Shown: positions 1 to 15,647 of the stretch, one piece after another
How positions within the stretch are numbered: the first letter of the stretch is position 1
Layout of the letters: each line of letters opens with the position of its first letter
NCBI GenBank assembly: GCA_012295275.1
Contig: CM022670.1
Coordinates: 17,856,001-17,920,000, forward strand
Direction: 5' to 3'
DNA length: 64,000 nucleotides
Source: Chrysomallon squamiferum
Lineage: Eukaryota > Animalia > Mollusca
Position numbers and translations under genes: made by a program
Notes under the pieces: generated by a model
What the model was told of the DNA's origin: nothing
Databases searched by the model: none
The model's input: the letters and a program-made list of their open reading frames with translations, nothing else

Positions 1-1175
1 ATTTCTGTTCATTTATTTATTTATTTTATTTATTTTATTTATTTATGACGATCCTGGTCTTCTGAAAATGTACGTGAGAATTCTCAGCAGTTGAAATTAA
101 TTTAGCAGAAAACAAAAACAAAAAACCCCTAAAAAACAACATCTGTAATACGGAGGTTGCTGGTAAACTGATCAGTTATGCTGTCTGTTCTGTGATAATG
201 GAAAGAATACGGGCGGATTTTGAAAGCTTCCATTTTGCAAGTGAAATGCAGTGTAGTAACATCATTAAAATCAAATCTCTCAACTTATTTTTTTTTTTTT
301 TAAACTGATAGAGATTACTTTCTTTATAATATATCGAATAACACCCAGACATCTTTGGTTACGGATGACGGCAATGAATAAAATGAAGATAATAAATATG
401 ATAATAAAGCAACAGCAACAACAACAACAATAATAATAATTAAGTGGTAAATAACAGGTTGTATTGTACTGAAAATCAGATTGTATTGGTTTTTGTCTTA
501 CGTTTGTGATGTAAAACAGGTACAGTTTATAATTAAATGTAAGTTTGTCCTTTCATGTTATATAACTGATTTAACTGTTTGTAAAATGATCCATTAAAAA
601 GTCAGAATCAATACAAAGCTTTCATTGTAAATTTTATTCCGTTTGAAATGATCCTGTTAGGATTATCACAGTGTCATATCATAAGTCAAAGATTCATCTA
701 GTAACTATTCAGAGGTAACCTTAGATTTGTTCACAATCCTCTTACGACATTACAGTGTTGTTCAGTGTACAACGTCATTGAATGATGATAATAATAAATA
801 GGTTAACAAGCGTACTTTTAGTTTAAGAATATCAAAGTTAATGTCTGACCAAAAATATTGAATTACAAATATTGATTATTATTACAAATTTAAAAAAAAA
901 TAAAATAAAAAATAAAAAAAAGAGTCAGGTTGAAATGTTTTTTTCAAAAATAAAAAAAATAAAATAAAAAAGAGAACATTTCCGATTACGTCAATTACAT
1001 TAGTTTCCTGCCTTTGGCGTTTATCGCGTAAGTTACATTTCAGCTACTGACTCGTTGAGAGAATAAATCAAATCACTCGTTTACCAGGTTACCCATAAAG
1101 TATTAAATCATTCAGGGAGACAGTCAAATAAATCCGAAGAGGATCCTTCCTTTAGCATTGCTCATAAATATTTTT

Positions 1176-1218
<43 letters not shown>

Positions 1219-2684
1219 GATAAAATAAAAATAAAATATATAAAATAAAAATTGATTCTCTTTACGAAAGCATTATCCAGGCTGTTACCAGCGCGAACCG
1301 CCTACCTTACAGCTCTTAATATGTCACCAGACATAAATATAAATCTACTGCAACTGAAAACCAGAATACATTGAAAATGGCATTTAAAAATTACAAAATG
1401 AATGATGCGTTCGATGTCTGATTAAAATAAATAGCTTTACTCTGTTTTCTTAAGTCTTACATTTTAAAACTCTCCAAAAGGTAATTTCGGTCTGTTATAT
1501 TAAATTAGTTAATGTATCATTCAGAGATAAATGTTCAAACGTATTGTGTCTTTGATGTACGCCACTGTAGTCTATATCATCCATTGACACTGTTATTTAA
1601 TGACAAACCGCTTGCATCGCTGGTAGTTAAAAGATTAAGTTCTCTCGCAGACAACCAGTCTATTATAACCAAACAACCAATCAAAATCCTTCAGTCGATA
1701 AGATGTACTGCCAGAAAGTCTCACTGAAGAAATGAAAGAAAGAAGAGTACATATGCAAGGGTTCATTGCAAATGAAATGCCATTCGCTGAAAAATAACAG
1801 AGTGAAATAATATTGTCTCTGTTCAGATGATTATAAACAACATATTATTTTATCATTAAAAACCTCCTTTTTATGAGAACAAATTGAATATTATTGAAGA
1901 TGTTTTTATCTTTATTATTATTATTATTATTTTAAAGTAGATTATGCACATTTACCATTCATGCATTCTCTGATATGTAATTTTTTCTTTCTTTCTTTAT
2001 TTATATTTTTTTTTCATTTTCTTTTTTTTTCTTTAATTTTTCTTTTTTTGTTGTTGTTGTTGATTTAAATATTTTTCATGATTCGCCTTTGCAGAATTAT
2101 TAATTACTCCATACCTGTCACATGAAGACATAACAGTGTTTTTGGATCTGAAGGGTCAAAAAACAAACTTCTCAGATTGTGAAATATGTTTTTGTTACTC
2201 GAAAACCAGATTTATCTCAATCTGAGTTTTCTAGAATATGGAACTAATACGTTATAGTCAATAAACATTTGTTTAATGTATTTTGACATAATAATTTTTT
2301 TTTTTTAATAATAGAGAATAATTGGCTGAAGACCTTACAAGATTTCTGTTAGTTTTGATTAGCATCATGTTCCATGGCTTTAGTATTTTTTACAAACTAT
2401 GTTTTTCATTCTCACTTTTCGAAGCCGTTGTGTGATTTTTTTTTTTTTTTTTTTTTTTTTTTGTAATATACTGTGCAGTGTTTGTATAAATATTTACTAT
2501 ACACGTACTTTGTTTATTTTTTATTTTTTTTTTATTTATTTATTTTATGTTGTTGGTTCGTAAATGTTTGTTCCTTGGTATATTGGATTCATATAATTCT
2601 CTTTGATATAAGAAGAAGAAGAAGAAGAAGACTGACAACAACAACAACAACAACAAAAACAACAACAACATAATAATAATGATA

Positions 2685-2733
<49 letters not shown>

Positions 2734-2741
2734 TTATTAAT

Positions 2742-2936
2742 AAATAACAGTACTTTCCAAAGAAAACATCGAATACATAGTAATTTGTTATACCGGCTGT
2801 TTCTCATGAGCCTCACATACCCAAACATCCACAAAATGATTAATTATATGACAGCAAATAACAGTACTTACCAAGAACCAACATCACATATACTAAGGAA
2901 TTTGCTATACCGGCTGTTTTTCATAAGCGTTACATA
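2742..2936 (+). repeat. Diverged local tandem duplication (two about 78-bp copies, 115-bp spacing)
   Basis: AAATAACAGTACTT...AATTTG(T/C)TATACCGGCTGTTT(C/T)TCAT at about 2742-2819 and 2857-2936. Confidence 0.85.
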
Positions 2937-4407
2937 GCAAAATGTCAATACGGCACAAATTACTAGATTATTATAGTTCATTGAAGTGTACCTGTATACA
3001 TTTTGTTATATCCCTTCATTAATTAAAAACAAACAACAAACAACAAACAAAACGTAAGCTAGAAATACTCGAAATTTATTCCGACTATTTCTTCAGTTCA
3101 CCAAATGAACATTTTAAGTCAACAATTGGCAACAACAAAAGTGAACGTCCTTTATATTCTGGCTTGAACGCAGATAAAATATTAACATCTTCGCCAACGA
3201 CATAATTCAAGGTAACCTTTTGGCTCTACTGACAACCTTTTGACACAGATTGGCTCAAACATTCCCCGAAAAGCATTGAAAAAGATTTATCTTAGCAGAT
3301 TAAGATACGATCTTACTACGCGACTTGAATAGTGAAACTCGTATAATGAGCGGAATACTAGAAACAGTAATGATTTAACCACGATTTATCGTGATTTTGA
3401 ATGGCTATTTCACTGATTTCCAGCCTGCGGATTCCAGCAAATATATTTCTTTTTCACGCATCAACGGACCCTCAACCCATCTAAAAGAATAAACAAAATT
3501 TAGTGAATATATATCAACAAAATTAAATTTTGTTTATATATATTTCTTGCTGTATTCCTAGAACACTTCGGAACTTCGTTTAGCATACATCGTGCTAATC
3601 AGTAAGCGTATGCGTTACAATGATACATCTTCAGTAAGTTTTAAAAAGAAGAATCGCTAATGAGAGAATATGTTACTTAATAGCGCACTTTGCATATAGG
3701 TCTACTATTACGTTTGATAACGTACACGAGCAGACACACACGCAACCACACACCCACACACGCAACCACACACCCACACTCCCACCCACACACACAAACA
3801 CACAGACACACACACACACACACACAAACGCACAAGCCAAATAAACTGGAAGATAAACCTAGGCAGAGCAAGAAAGTCGCGTTCTTCTTTGTTTCGTCAG
3901 CATTTCCAGCAAATTGGAAAAATTGTTTTTATTTGTGGTAAACCGTCATGCCAAGACCGTTTCGCATCTGTTATTACCGTCAGCAAAAAAAAAAAAAAAA
4001 AAAAAAATACACTGACTTTCTTTAACCAGTCTGTGTAACTTCCTTGAAATTCGGAAACAACTTTGCGGTGGGCAATTTAGTTCGGAGACATCATTTGTCA
4101 CGTTATCAGCGGCTGTAGGTGACATTATTTATGCTTTTTTCTTAAAGCTCTATATTGGATTTATGAAAGGCAAAGCCATATACAGCACTCCAGTTTAATG
4201 GACAAATGGTTATAAAATATTTAGTGTACTTAATATTATGGACTGCCCCTCACAGCAGAATTTTTATCACAGTAAGAATGAGAGTCTGTTTAGCAGTTTA
4301 CTGTTTAGATCGTTTGGATGTACTGAAGATAAACTAGAAATAAAAAATGAAGATAAATGAAAATTATAAAGATGGTAAAGATTAAAAGACAATACTACTA
4401 CCACAAT

Positions 4408-4441
<34 letters not shown>

Positions 4442-4442
4442 T

Positions 4443-4475
<33 letters not shown>

Positions 4476-5619
4476 ATAATAATAATAATAATAATAATAT
4501 TAATATTAATGTATCATCTGTTATTATTGTAAATAACCATGATTTTTTTTTGCTCTTGTTGTTTTTATTATTTTTCAAAGCAGTATTCAAGAACCGACAT
4601 ATAAAAACAACGCTGGGTTCTTTTGTGTTAATGGGAAGGAGAATATAAAATGGCCCGGGCTGCTTATAGATAAGACTAACCCACAGACTGACTGCTGTGG
4701 GATTCTTCTTTCACATCATCATTGTACAAAAACGCCTATTTCTAAAACCTAAAAACCGTGAATATTAAAATGTCTAGAAAAAGTCGTTAAACATTTGTCT
4801 ATTAATTTTATTTCAGGGCTTTTTTTAAACTTTTTTTTTTCACTACTAAGGTACTTTCTTTTACATCCTCCCCAAAAATATATTTTTATATACCATCCAT
4901 CGGTCAGTGTAAAAAACCTCGGCGGGGAGCAAGGCACCAGAATCAAAGACAGACGTTTCCTTTGGGGCTTCTTTTTGCGCTTGATGGAAACTTAATTTTC
5001 ACTGATGGTCTACGATGCCTCTTTACAGACAATGATTATATTGAATCCGCCACGAAGATAAATCCAGAATTTAACTGCTGCTTCAGATTTTGATGAATAA
5101 CTTCTATTTTCTCACTCGGATTACGTTTCCATGTTGAGACCAGCTGAGTGTTACGTTTAATACAATTTGACCAATCGTTGTCTGCGAATGTCGATATATT
5201 CGGCGGTGTCAGCCTCATTAAGTATATTAAATTTCTACGTACTTTAAAGGAGACTTGAATAAAGTTTTGCCTTTAAGATAAATTTGATAACATATTTATA
5301 ATGTCATGTTTTAAATGGATAAAGACATTAATGAAATTTGGGAAACAAAGGCAGAGAGCGAGACAGTCAGTAAGAGAAGAACTTTTTTCTCCCTGCTAGA
5401 CACACACAAACAGATCTAGACACATACTTACAAACACACATATATTCATATATTCATGTTAACACATACAGACACACACACACACATACACGCATATACA
5501 CATACGTACATGCATATAAACATACATACATACATGCATACATTTACATACATACACACACATGTATATATATATATTTAAATGTACACACATACATTAA
5601 AATTGATCCATGTTAAAAC

Positions 5620-5846
5620 GTGAACACGTGCGCACTGAAACACATCCATCCATTCATCTACATAAACATTTCTGTGTTTACATACACTACTGAACAGAAA
5701 GAAGTTTTAAAATGACTCTTCTAAATACTTAAAATGGCTGTGTAGTATTCTGCATAAGATATTATTTTGCTTTCTGCCTCGGTAACCTTAAGTATAACAT
5801 ATGCTTCACTTTATCTTTTGATGTGAACGTAATGCTCATTTATGAA
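5620..5846 (+). repeat. Dispersed direct repeat, copy 1 (about 230 bp; copy 2 at 19253-19479)
   Basis: Near-identical non-simple sequence, e.g. TGAACAGAAAGAAGTTTTAAAATGACTCTTCTAAATA and GCTTCACTTTATCTTTTGATGTGAACGTAATGCTCATTTATGAA in both copies. Confidence 0.95.
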
Positions 5847-6644
5847 ATAAATAATAATAAAAAATAGCAATAATAAAACATGCATACATACATACATACA
5901 TATATACATACATACAAATATATATACATGCATACATACATACATACATACATACATACATACATACATACATGTAATACCAATACGTTAGTATTACTGG
6001 CATGCACATCTATAGTCAGCATGTGAAGAATATACATATCTCATCATATGTTATTTCAGTTAAGAATATGATATAAAAAAACACCCACCACCCACCACCC
6101 CCAAAAAATAATAACAACAACCTGAAGTTATCTTTTAAATTTGCAAATAAATAGTTAACCCCCTTTCATATTCATATCTGTTTTTCCTTCTTAACTTTTA
6201 ATCTCACTAAATATTCTGTCTGACGTCCATTATACGTTTTTTTTATGCACTTGTCCCTTTTGCTCTCTGTTCAGTACTTCCGAAATTCCTGCTATAACGG
6301 AAGAGGATATAGAGCTAGTTGGTTGTAACTGGCAGAATAAAACGGATATAAACCTTGCTTTCGGGAATGGGAAAAAGCTGTAAAACCTAGAAGTAATCAT
6401 TTTAGTGAGGTCCTCAAAGCAGAGTTCAAAGACTGGGGGAAAAGACCCTGACCGTTTCTACTAAATGTTTAGCATGTTTATGTACCGCAGTTGTCCTTCC
6501 CGTAATTCTCATTTTACTGTTACTAATTGTTTTCTTTTTCATCTCCTGCAAGTCGTGTTCTTTACTGTAGTCATTCATTCAGTTATTTTCAGTAATGATC
6601 TCTTTCCTTTATTTTTTCTTATTTTCAATTTTTTATTCTTTTTA

Positions 6645-6690
<46 letters not shown>

Positions 6691-6713
6691 TTTTTTTTTT
6701 TTTTATTTATTTT

Positions 6714-6777
6714 TTCTGTTCTTTATCACTTCTTCCACTATTCTGGCTTAGCAGAAGCATATCCCATAATGCATTAT
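6714..6777 (+). repeat. 64-bp dispersed repeat shared with 36655-36718
   Basis: TTCTTTATCACTTCTTCCACTATTCTGGCTTAGCAGAAGCATATCCCATAATGCATTAT versus TTCTTTATCATCTGTTCCACTGTTCTGGCTTAGCGGAAGCATATCCCATAATGCATTAT. Confidence 0.92.
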
Positions 6778-8277
6778 TTTTTATTTTTTATTTTTATTTT
6801 TTTTCATCCCAGTGATTCAAATAAATCTTGAATGCAAACTTATGTTCATCTATTTATTCATGGCATTGTAACAGAATCTAGCTTCTAAAACCAACGTGCG
6901 AACTGTTGTGTGTTCTGGTTCAAATATATCGATCGTGCTTCGGGTGAGAGACTGATTTGTATACCGTCTTTTCTTACGTGTAAAATTCGTTTCCATTTTT
7001 TTTTTTTTTTTTTTTTTATACGTCATCAAAAATCGATTCCATTTTAGGAACATCTTCAACTGTTATTCATGATTCATGTTGTGGGCACATGATCACACAG
7101 TTTAATAAACTGACTGTAGATTTAGTTTTGTTTGGTGAACTTATTTTTTGTGTATATAATAAGTTATTTCAGAAACAGACAAAAGAACGAAAGAAAAGAT
7201 AAAACAATAAAAGAATCATGTAATGAAAGAAAAAAAGAACAAAATGAATGGAAGAGAGAAAATACATGAAAGGAAAAGCAAATGACAATGTTTAAAAAGT
7301 AACAACAAAGAAAGAAAGAAAATGTATTCAGCACTGAATTGTTTTTGACTGTTTCGTTGTCAAAAGTAAAACGTTGTTTTTAACAACACCCTGCCTCGAT
7401 TTATTCTTACGTTCATATTTTTATGTTAAAAATAATTTTTATATACTCTGATTAAAAACTAACAGAAATGTAGATATGATTTTATAACTGATTACTTTTA
7501 AATATTGTCATCATTATTCTTATTATTATCAGTAGTAGGAGCAGTAATTGTAAAAGTAGTAATAATAGGAATAGTAGTAGTAATAGTAGTTGTAGTAGTA
7601 GTAGTAATAAGAGGAGAAGAAGGAGGAATAATAATAATTAACGTGGTGAAAATAGAAGTAATATTAGCCGCATTAGCAGGTGTAGCTTTTGATAAACATA
7701 GTTTGGTTTTGAAGACTGAAACACCTTTTCGCAGTCATACATTTAAACATATATACGTTTTACCATCTGTAAATTGCACATACAGATAATATTTTAGTTA
7801 TTTCGGATATGAACGTTTATGTTAGTAAACAAAAATCCTTAAATATGGAAAGAGAAATTAAATATATGATAATACGCTCAATAAAACGCTACATTTGTCA
7901 CGAAACAATGGGCTTTTGCCAATGAAAGTTTTAGTTACAGGTCAGTGAATGAAACGTTTTAATTATTCATGATTACGTGCTTGCCTGAACATGCAACATC
8001 TGTGTTTGTAACGCGACTAATACTGAAATAGACAGAACCCTGAACTTACTGGAAGAAGAAATTGTTTTATAATTAATCTTGGATTTGCATGTTCGGTTAA
8101 ACAGTGACGTAATACATACACTTCATATAAACATGTTCTGGAGGTATTGCATCTCAGTTCGGGTCATCAGTTAAGGACATTCTTGCTGTTCTTGGACAGA
8201 ACGCTTTGGTAAGGGAAGAAATGGTACCCTGCTAAAAATTTATCATCACGATTTTTCTGGCTTCATTTTCTTATTTG

Positions 8278-8281
<4 letters not shown>

Positions 8282-8367
<86 letters not shown>
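8282..8367. repeat. (CT)n microsatellite
   Basis: Perfect dinucleotide run. Confidence 0.97.
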
Positions 8368-8372
<5 letters not shown>

Positions 8373-11300
8373 GTTTCAGAAACCTCAGCTTGCATATGTC
8401 TTTATCTTTTCTATTGTCTCCTTCTTCTTTTTCTTCTTGAAACTTTTCTTTGTCTATTTCTTTAAGAAAAGAAACCAAACCAAAAAAAAAAAAAAAAAAA
8501 AGCCAAAAAAAAAGAAGAAAGATAGAAAAAAAAAGAGCCAACAATAAGTGACTAGGTACAGAAGGTGAAAATTCCAATAAATCAACGGCAAACGTTTGAC
8601 AGTCATATTTAAAATACTTATATATCAATATTCGAACCTCTGACACTGTGTGCGTGTTGATCGGTAATAACAAAGACTCCTCTGAAATGGTTCGTCTTGC
8701 AGCAGGTTTGTAAAACGCAGTAAAACAGTCAGATAGAAAACAAATAAACAACGTGTAGAGTCGGCCAGAGGCTCTGATTTATGACCTGTCACGTCTATTT
8801 ACTGTACAAGCGATTCCGAAGACGGGAATGCGGGCGAAATGTGTATTCTAGCGTCCGTTGAAAGAAGGAAGGAAAGAACGAAAAGTAGAGAACATGAATG
8901 AACGAAGTAAATAAAGAAAGAATGAAGGAAAGAAAAAGAAAAAGAAAAAGAAAGAAAAAAAAATGGTAGGAAAGAAAAAAAAAAAAAAAAGAAGGAAACA
9001 TACTAAGAAAACAAACGTTTTAGACGATATTGGAAAACAAACATTGCACTTAACAGATAAACACGGAGAAACAGATATGTACAGACAGACAGACTGAGAG
9101 ACAAATATATACAGTTATTAAAACAAAAGAAAAAAAAGAGAAATATAGATTATCATGGAGATAAATTAAAATGAAAAAAATTGTATAAAGTCAGTAAAAA
9201 TACAAAACATTGTCTTGGATAAATCAGGTTTTGTGAGGAACTGGAAATAAGAAGAAAGTCTACGACATACTTCTTTTGAATCCAACGCCATAACGTCTGA
9301 GATATAACCAAATAATTAACAGAAAAAATGAAAACATTTAAAACGCACAGACAAGAAAAAATACAAAATCAAAGTATTAAAGGAGGAATAAGTAAAATAA
9401 ATATTACAAACTTTTATATAAATAACTATAAAAACACACATACATAATTATAATAAACATAATATATATATAAGAAAAAAAAAAAAAAAAAAAATTCCAT
9501 CCGAAACAAAGACTGTTTATATAACAGACACTGGCAGGAAACGCTACCAAGATCTTCTGTCTCGGTTCTTTAAACATCGAATTATTATCTAGAACGCTAT
9601 TGATGAATACGATAATGCTGCGGTACTGCAACATGTCAACCGAGTCCGTGTACTCTCGCCAAGCTCGGTGTTGGTTAATGAGAGCTCCTTATCTCTTCAA
9701 ATCCAATTATCTTGCCATCTCAGGTATCTCTAGCACACAGCTTAAATTCGTGGCGTATCAAAACTTCAAGCTAGCTGTCCACCGATTATTTTGATAGTGT
9801 GCTAGTAGGCTGGAGAAGATTCTTTAAAGAAAATACTTTGTATGCATTTTTTGGTATGATAGCATCGGGGTTCGAACCTGCTATACTTTATTAGGTGAAC
9901 AGCAAAAAAAAAAAATTTAATATTCTGAAAACATTTTTTATTTATTTATTTATTTTATTTAATTTTAATTACTTTGTTGGGGTTTTGGGGTTTTTTTGTT
10001 TGTTTGTTTTTTGTTTTTGTTTTTTAGCTCTATCTGACCTTTGGAAATTGTGGTTAGTGATTATGTAAATAGCATCAAATAAATAATCACATTATACGAC
10101 AGGTTATTGGATTTTGAGTGTACAGAACTGTTAAAGAGAACAACATTTTCCTTTGTATCATACCTCAGAGACAATTTGCTGATCTGTCGTTGAAGATTCA
10201 CAATACCTCTATACTGAAATTTTGTTTAATTGAATCCTTTTTTAACAAATAACCTAAACACACTGGACATTTTTTCTTGTCTCAACCACTGGTCCTGCAA
10301 ACATATGTGAAGCGAATTTCAAATAAAAGAATTCTTGCTGTTTACTGTTAAAACAATCCAGAGCGGGTTTCGTTTCTTGTATTTTCATCATACAAAAAAA
10401 AAAATACACATTTACTTACTAATCAATTATAATAAAATAATTATAACATATATTTCATCTTTTTGCTTGTTTGTTAATTCAATTAGTCATTCAGTTTTCA
10501 TTTCTCTGCTGCTGTTTCTGGAATGTGACGTGTTCAACAGTGACACACAGTGATTAGTACACTGTCTGTAAATAATGATAAATAAAACTATTACACTGAA
10601 ACGACCTTGTTACAGCGACGGGGTGTCCCTCGTGAAACAGATAACAGACATACCAAAACAAAATAGTCCAATACATTACTGTCCACCCACCACACAGCAG
10701 TTACAGCATACTGCCAGTTTAGTCTTCTGAATAAAACAACAGAAAAAAAAAACATTCTCAAGGAAGCATCTTTGGTCTGATTCCTGTTACAGGCAGTGTG
10801 TTAAAAGTTCATTAAAAAAAAAAATAATAATAATTAAAAAAATTTCTTTGTGTTTATTTTTGGACTGGCGGTAGAATTTCCTTTCGCAGATGTGCGTTGA
10901 AAAAAAAAAAAAAGGAAATAATTTTTTTTTTTTAAAGTTTGAAATTTAATAAGCGTAATATCAAAATGTTTTCAAATGTCGTTCAACACCTTTTGTCATT
11001 TTCATTTTTCCACTACGCAAAGAGAGGAGAGAAATAACTTCAAAGATCACAGTATGTCAGAAAGCAGACGACATTAAGATAAAATTAATGAAAAAAAAAA
11101 CCCACCAACAAATCATCTTAAAATAACAGGGTGAAAAAAAAATATTAAAAAGACTGTTTGGAGATAACAATTGTGATCAGAATCGCCACAGCGAAGCAAT
11201 TTGTCGCGAAGTCAGTGAAAAAGCATTGCAGATGAGAAGTGGGTGAGGGTCAGATCAGTGCAGATTATGATCAAAGGACGTAATTAAATTTATTTCTTCA

Positions 11301-12893
11301 TCTGTTCTAACATTGATTATTCAGAAGCTCACTGGTTTTAAAATTGGGTTTAATTTTGTTATGTAAAGGATAAGGGGTCTTAAAAAGATGAATTTATTTA
11401 TTTTTTTTTTTTTTATTTTATTTATTTACTTATTTATTTAATTTATCAAACTCATGGCATATCAGCAACAACATATTTAATATTAGACAGATGTGGAAGT
11501 CAGTTTCGCTGCACCTGCAAAGCACGCACGTGTTTCAGCACTTGTGTCTGTGCCTGATGTAGACTCTAGTTTCATTACATCTAAAGCGGCAAGTGGCGAT
11601 TGCATTCAGCGACTTTGTGTACCTTTTGTGAGAACGGGTCACAAAGAATTAGAAATATTGTTTTTTCTTCTGTTTTCTCTGCATAACAGTAGTTATATAT
11701 ATCCACAACAGCATGTGAATGAGCATTTACGTCGTTTCTGGCTTACTTCTACAGTGTCATGTTTAAAGCTGCCATCGAAGCACGTGCCATGCATATTAAT
11801 ATTACAGAACCTGAATACGTGAAAATGAATATTATTGTTTCTGAACGTTAGCTGAAAAAAAGATAAAACAGGACTCTAATATCACTGCTTATTGCTTAAC
11901 TGAGTTTTAAGAATGACTTTATAATTTGTAACATATGTCCGCATTACCGTGTATGAATATGAGAAAGATTTAAAGCTAACGATAGAATTACAAGATGTAT
12001 TGATCAAGATAGACTTCTGATTCATTGGAAAAATTATAAGACAAGAAATAATGGTATCAAAAGAAAAAATATAAGCCCATCTGTTCAATGCTGATATAGA
12101 TATACTATAATCGGATATACGCTGCTGACACAGGTACTTTGTGATTAATCCAGAAATACACTATCCCACTGTTAGTAAGTAACTACTAGCGGTAACATGT
12201 CAACCAAAATTTTCGAAGGGTTTTGGCTTCAATAATATTTGAGTTTAGTAAAAATGTACTGAAATAAAAAAAAAAAATTAAAAAGGAAGATAATTGTTAT
12301 AACAAGATAAAAAAGGAGAAAAAAAAGAAGATAATTATATTTTTAAGTATAATATTATAAACGAAAAGGACGAGCTTAAGAATAATTTGCAGTACACTGT
12401 TTGTCTGTGTCAGCATAAGAGCACAGTCGACATTAAACAACGCTCAAGTGCCAATATGCGCGTGTTGTCTATGAATTCGAAACGTTCTTGAGATTCGAGT
12501 TGCAGGACAATGTCTGTTTTCTCCTAATACAAAATAATTTTTCTGCTGTTTTCATTTCACTGCACTCGTATCGCAAAGCTTCGGGCAGAAATCTGCTAAA
12601 TACTCCAGAGTACATAATGAAGCAAGTGATAAGCCCGTGAGGAATTCTTCGATTCCAGAAGTGACAAAGTCGTTACAACTATATTTTTATTAATGCTTCA
12701 GTATATGTGTAAGATGAGTACCTTCTTTAATTATATGTGATAACACGAGTGTCAAGAAAGAGGAAGATTTAAAAGTATGAATATTAGGGCGTACATATAA
12801 ACAGATATTTTATTAATCAATCTTTATTCTGAAATGTCGTTTAACATGCAGTGTTTTACATGCTGATAATAAATTATTAATTTTGTTATGTGT

Positions 12894-12897
<4 letters not shown>

Positions 12898-12988
<91 letters not shown>
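12898..12988. repeat. (CT)n microsatellite
   Basis: Perfect dinucleotide run. Confidence 0.97.
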
Positions 12989-12990
<2 letters not shown>

Positions 12991-13219
12991 GCTGTTTCTA
13001 ATGCTCTCTTTCTCTCTTGAAACTGTTTCAGGCATGCCAGATATCGTGCGAATTTTCATATTCAAACACTGACAAGTCACCAACCTTAGCGCAGTTTGAA
13101 AAGTAACTCGATTACTAAATAACCTCTTTGAATCATGCTGTCAGTCTATGGTGACGACTACAGCGTAGCAAACTTTCGTAAGTACAAACAATTAGTTTAC
13201 TAAAATGATCACAGACATC

Positions 13220-13292
<73 letters not shown>

Positions 13293-13620
13293 TATTATTT
13301 ATTTAAATACCAACTTAGTTGATGAAAGATGATGTGTCCATATTCTTTATAATACTATATTTTTAGACAAAACTTTATCTCATAAGACCAATAATACAAT
13401 TAGCTGGAAGCATATAAAATGTGCTTAGGCTGTTTGTTCACATCACTGCAGGTAGAGCCTGTGCATTAAGCTCTTGCTCATTTCTTGCTGAAAGCCTGTG
13501 ACATCACTGCTAAATTGAGCATCGGCAAAGTTATTACTTGTTGTCAAAGATAATCTATTTTACATCATCGCACATCAACGGTTCACTTTAAATTAAAATA
13601 AACAGATTTAAAAAAAAAAA

Positions 13621-13635
13621 GATAGATAGACAGAC

Positions 13636-13715
<80 letters not shown>
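13621..13715. repeat. (GATA)n microsatellite
   Basis: Tetranucleotide run with two GACA variants. Confidence 0.95.
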
Positions 13716-13716
<1 letters not shown>

Positions 13717-14209
13717 TAGATTTAGATATTCATGTGGATAAAGCTGAATATACATTTATATTTTAACACTTTAATTTCGAAAACAGGAGAGAAAATATCA
13801 AAAATTTATAATACATATGATTTGCAAGCCACATAAATCTGTATGTATGAATGAATATGGATATACTTAGATATGCATGCATTCTTACACGAATAATAAA
13901 TAAACATAGTGTGCGGGTTTCGCTGTGAATATGCATGCATTTATAATTATCTCTTATTATTTATGTACATATGCCTCCTTGGCGATGTGGATGCATGCAA
14001 AATACAAACAGGTTCCAGACAATTTAGAGTGGGCTATTTTAAGATCAAGATTGGAATGTACGTGTTTTTATATTATTTGTTTGACTCGAGGTATAAAGAT
14101 AATTCCTTAATAATATATACCGTTAACCATAAAACAGAAATTATATGAAAAGTTATTATTTTGGAAGTGAATGATTAATATTCTATTTTTTAGATAAAGC
14201 TTAAAACTG

Positions 14210-14315
<106 letters not shown>

Positions 14316-15647
14316 ATAACATGAACGCACAATCTGATTCGTTTCATCTTTTATCGGATTACTTCGTGTTTGTTTTTTAAATCCGACTTGATAATCGTAA
14401 CTGAGTTTTGTCACGTTTCAAAGATTAAACTGTTATTTTATCATATACTTCTCAAATCTGACAAGGTATATTATACATATTACAAAACAATATAACTATA
14501 GGCACATTAATACTACACGATTTTATTATTATTATTGTTATAAAATTCATTATATTTGGTCTGCAAATTGCAGAATAGAAAACATTATACACAAAAAACA
14601 TTATAGTTTCGAATTCTTTTTACAAAGAACACTGTGAAAAGATAATGAAACTATTTTCTGTGTTCAATTTTACCAACATTCAGAACAAAACCAAATTAAA
14701 AGTGTTTATTTGAGACTGTATTTATTGTTTTCAGATTCCTTGGTACATTTGAAGACATCTGCAGTTACTATAGCCAGTTTTCTTTGACAGCTAAAATACT
14801 TTCGCTTTTTCCATCATTTATCATGGTCGTCGTTGTCGTCATAGCTTTATCATTATTTTTAGTAATAGTAATACATTTTTCATTCTTTTTTTCCACTAAT
14901 GATAATCATCGTGGAGATAGATACATAAAACAAAAGAAAAAGCGGTTAAGTCTCATGCATGTTCACAAAAAATACATTTACAAAGTGAAAACTGTTTAAA
15001 AATAAACACTATAAATATCCATCAATATGGGTGTTTTTTTTTTTTAGTCTAGCTATATGGCAACATTTGTATTCAGAAACCGTCGTAATAAAACGTGTAA
15101 CTGTGAATGCGATGACGTGGTTATTTCTTTCTTTTATTACGATTGCGGTTACCCTTGTCGGTGGCCTTGTACATCATCCTCGACGTCGTTTTCTTTTAAT
15201 AATTTACGTCTGTTATTGCCATGAAACGTTTGAACTGTCTTCTGTTGCTTTTAACTGTAGCTTTGACATTAAATGAGTGGGTTGGAGTGCCGTATAATAA
15301 GAGCATCTTAATAATGCTACAGCAAACGTTTACTATGCCAAGGAAAAGGCTGTCGCATCGTTCAAGGATGAATGTTTATCATGTTCTTCATAAACATTTT
15401 GCAATACCACCTTGAGCATCGACGTCATCATAAAGGCAGTGATTATGATAATGATGATGATACTCGCGAGTGATGCGGTTGATAATAACAACGATGCTGG
15501 TGATGTTGATGATGGTAACGGTGATGATAATCAAATATGATTATTATTATTATCATTAAGATGATAAATGATAATTTTCATGATAATGACAACCCATGAT
15601 ATTCATAATGATAAAAACAGTAATAAAAATAAATTTTAAAAACTTAC

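Noticed and set aside
9848-9882. B-box-like GGGGTTCGAACCTG
   Set aside because: Isolated fragment without a foldable tRNA; probably a SINE remnant, boundaries not definable.
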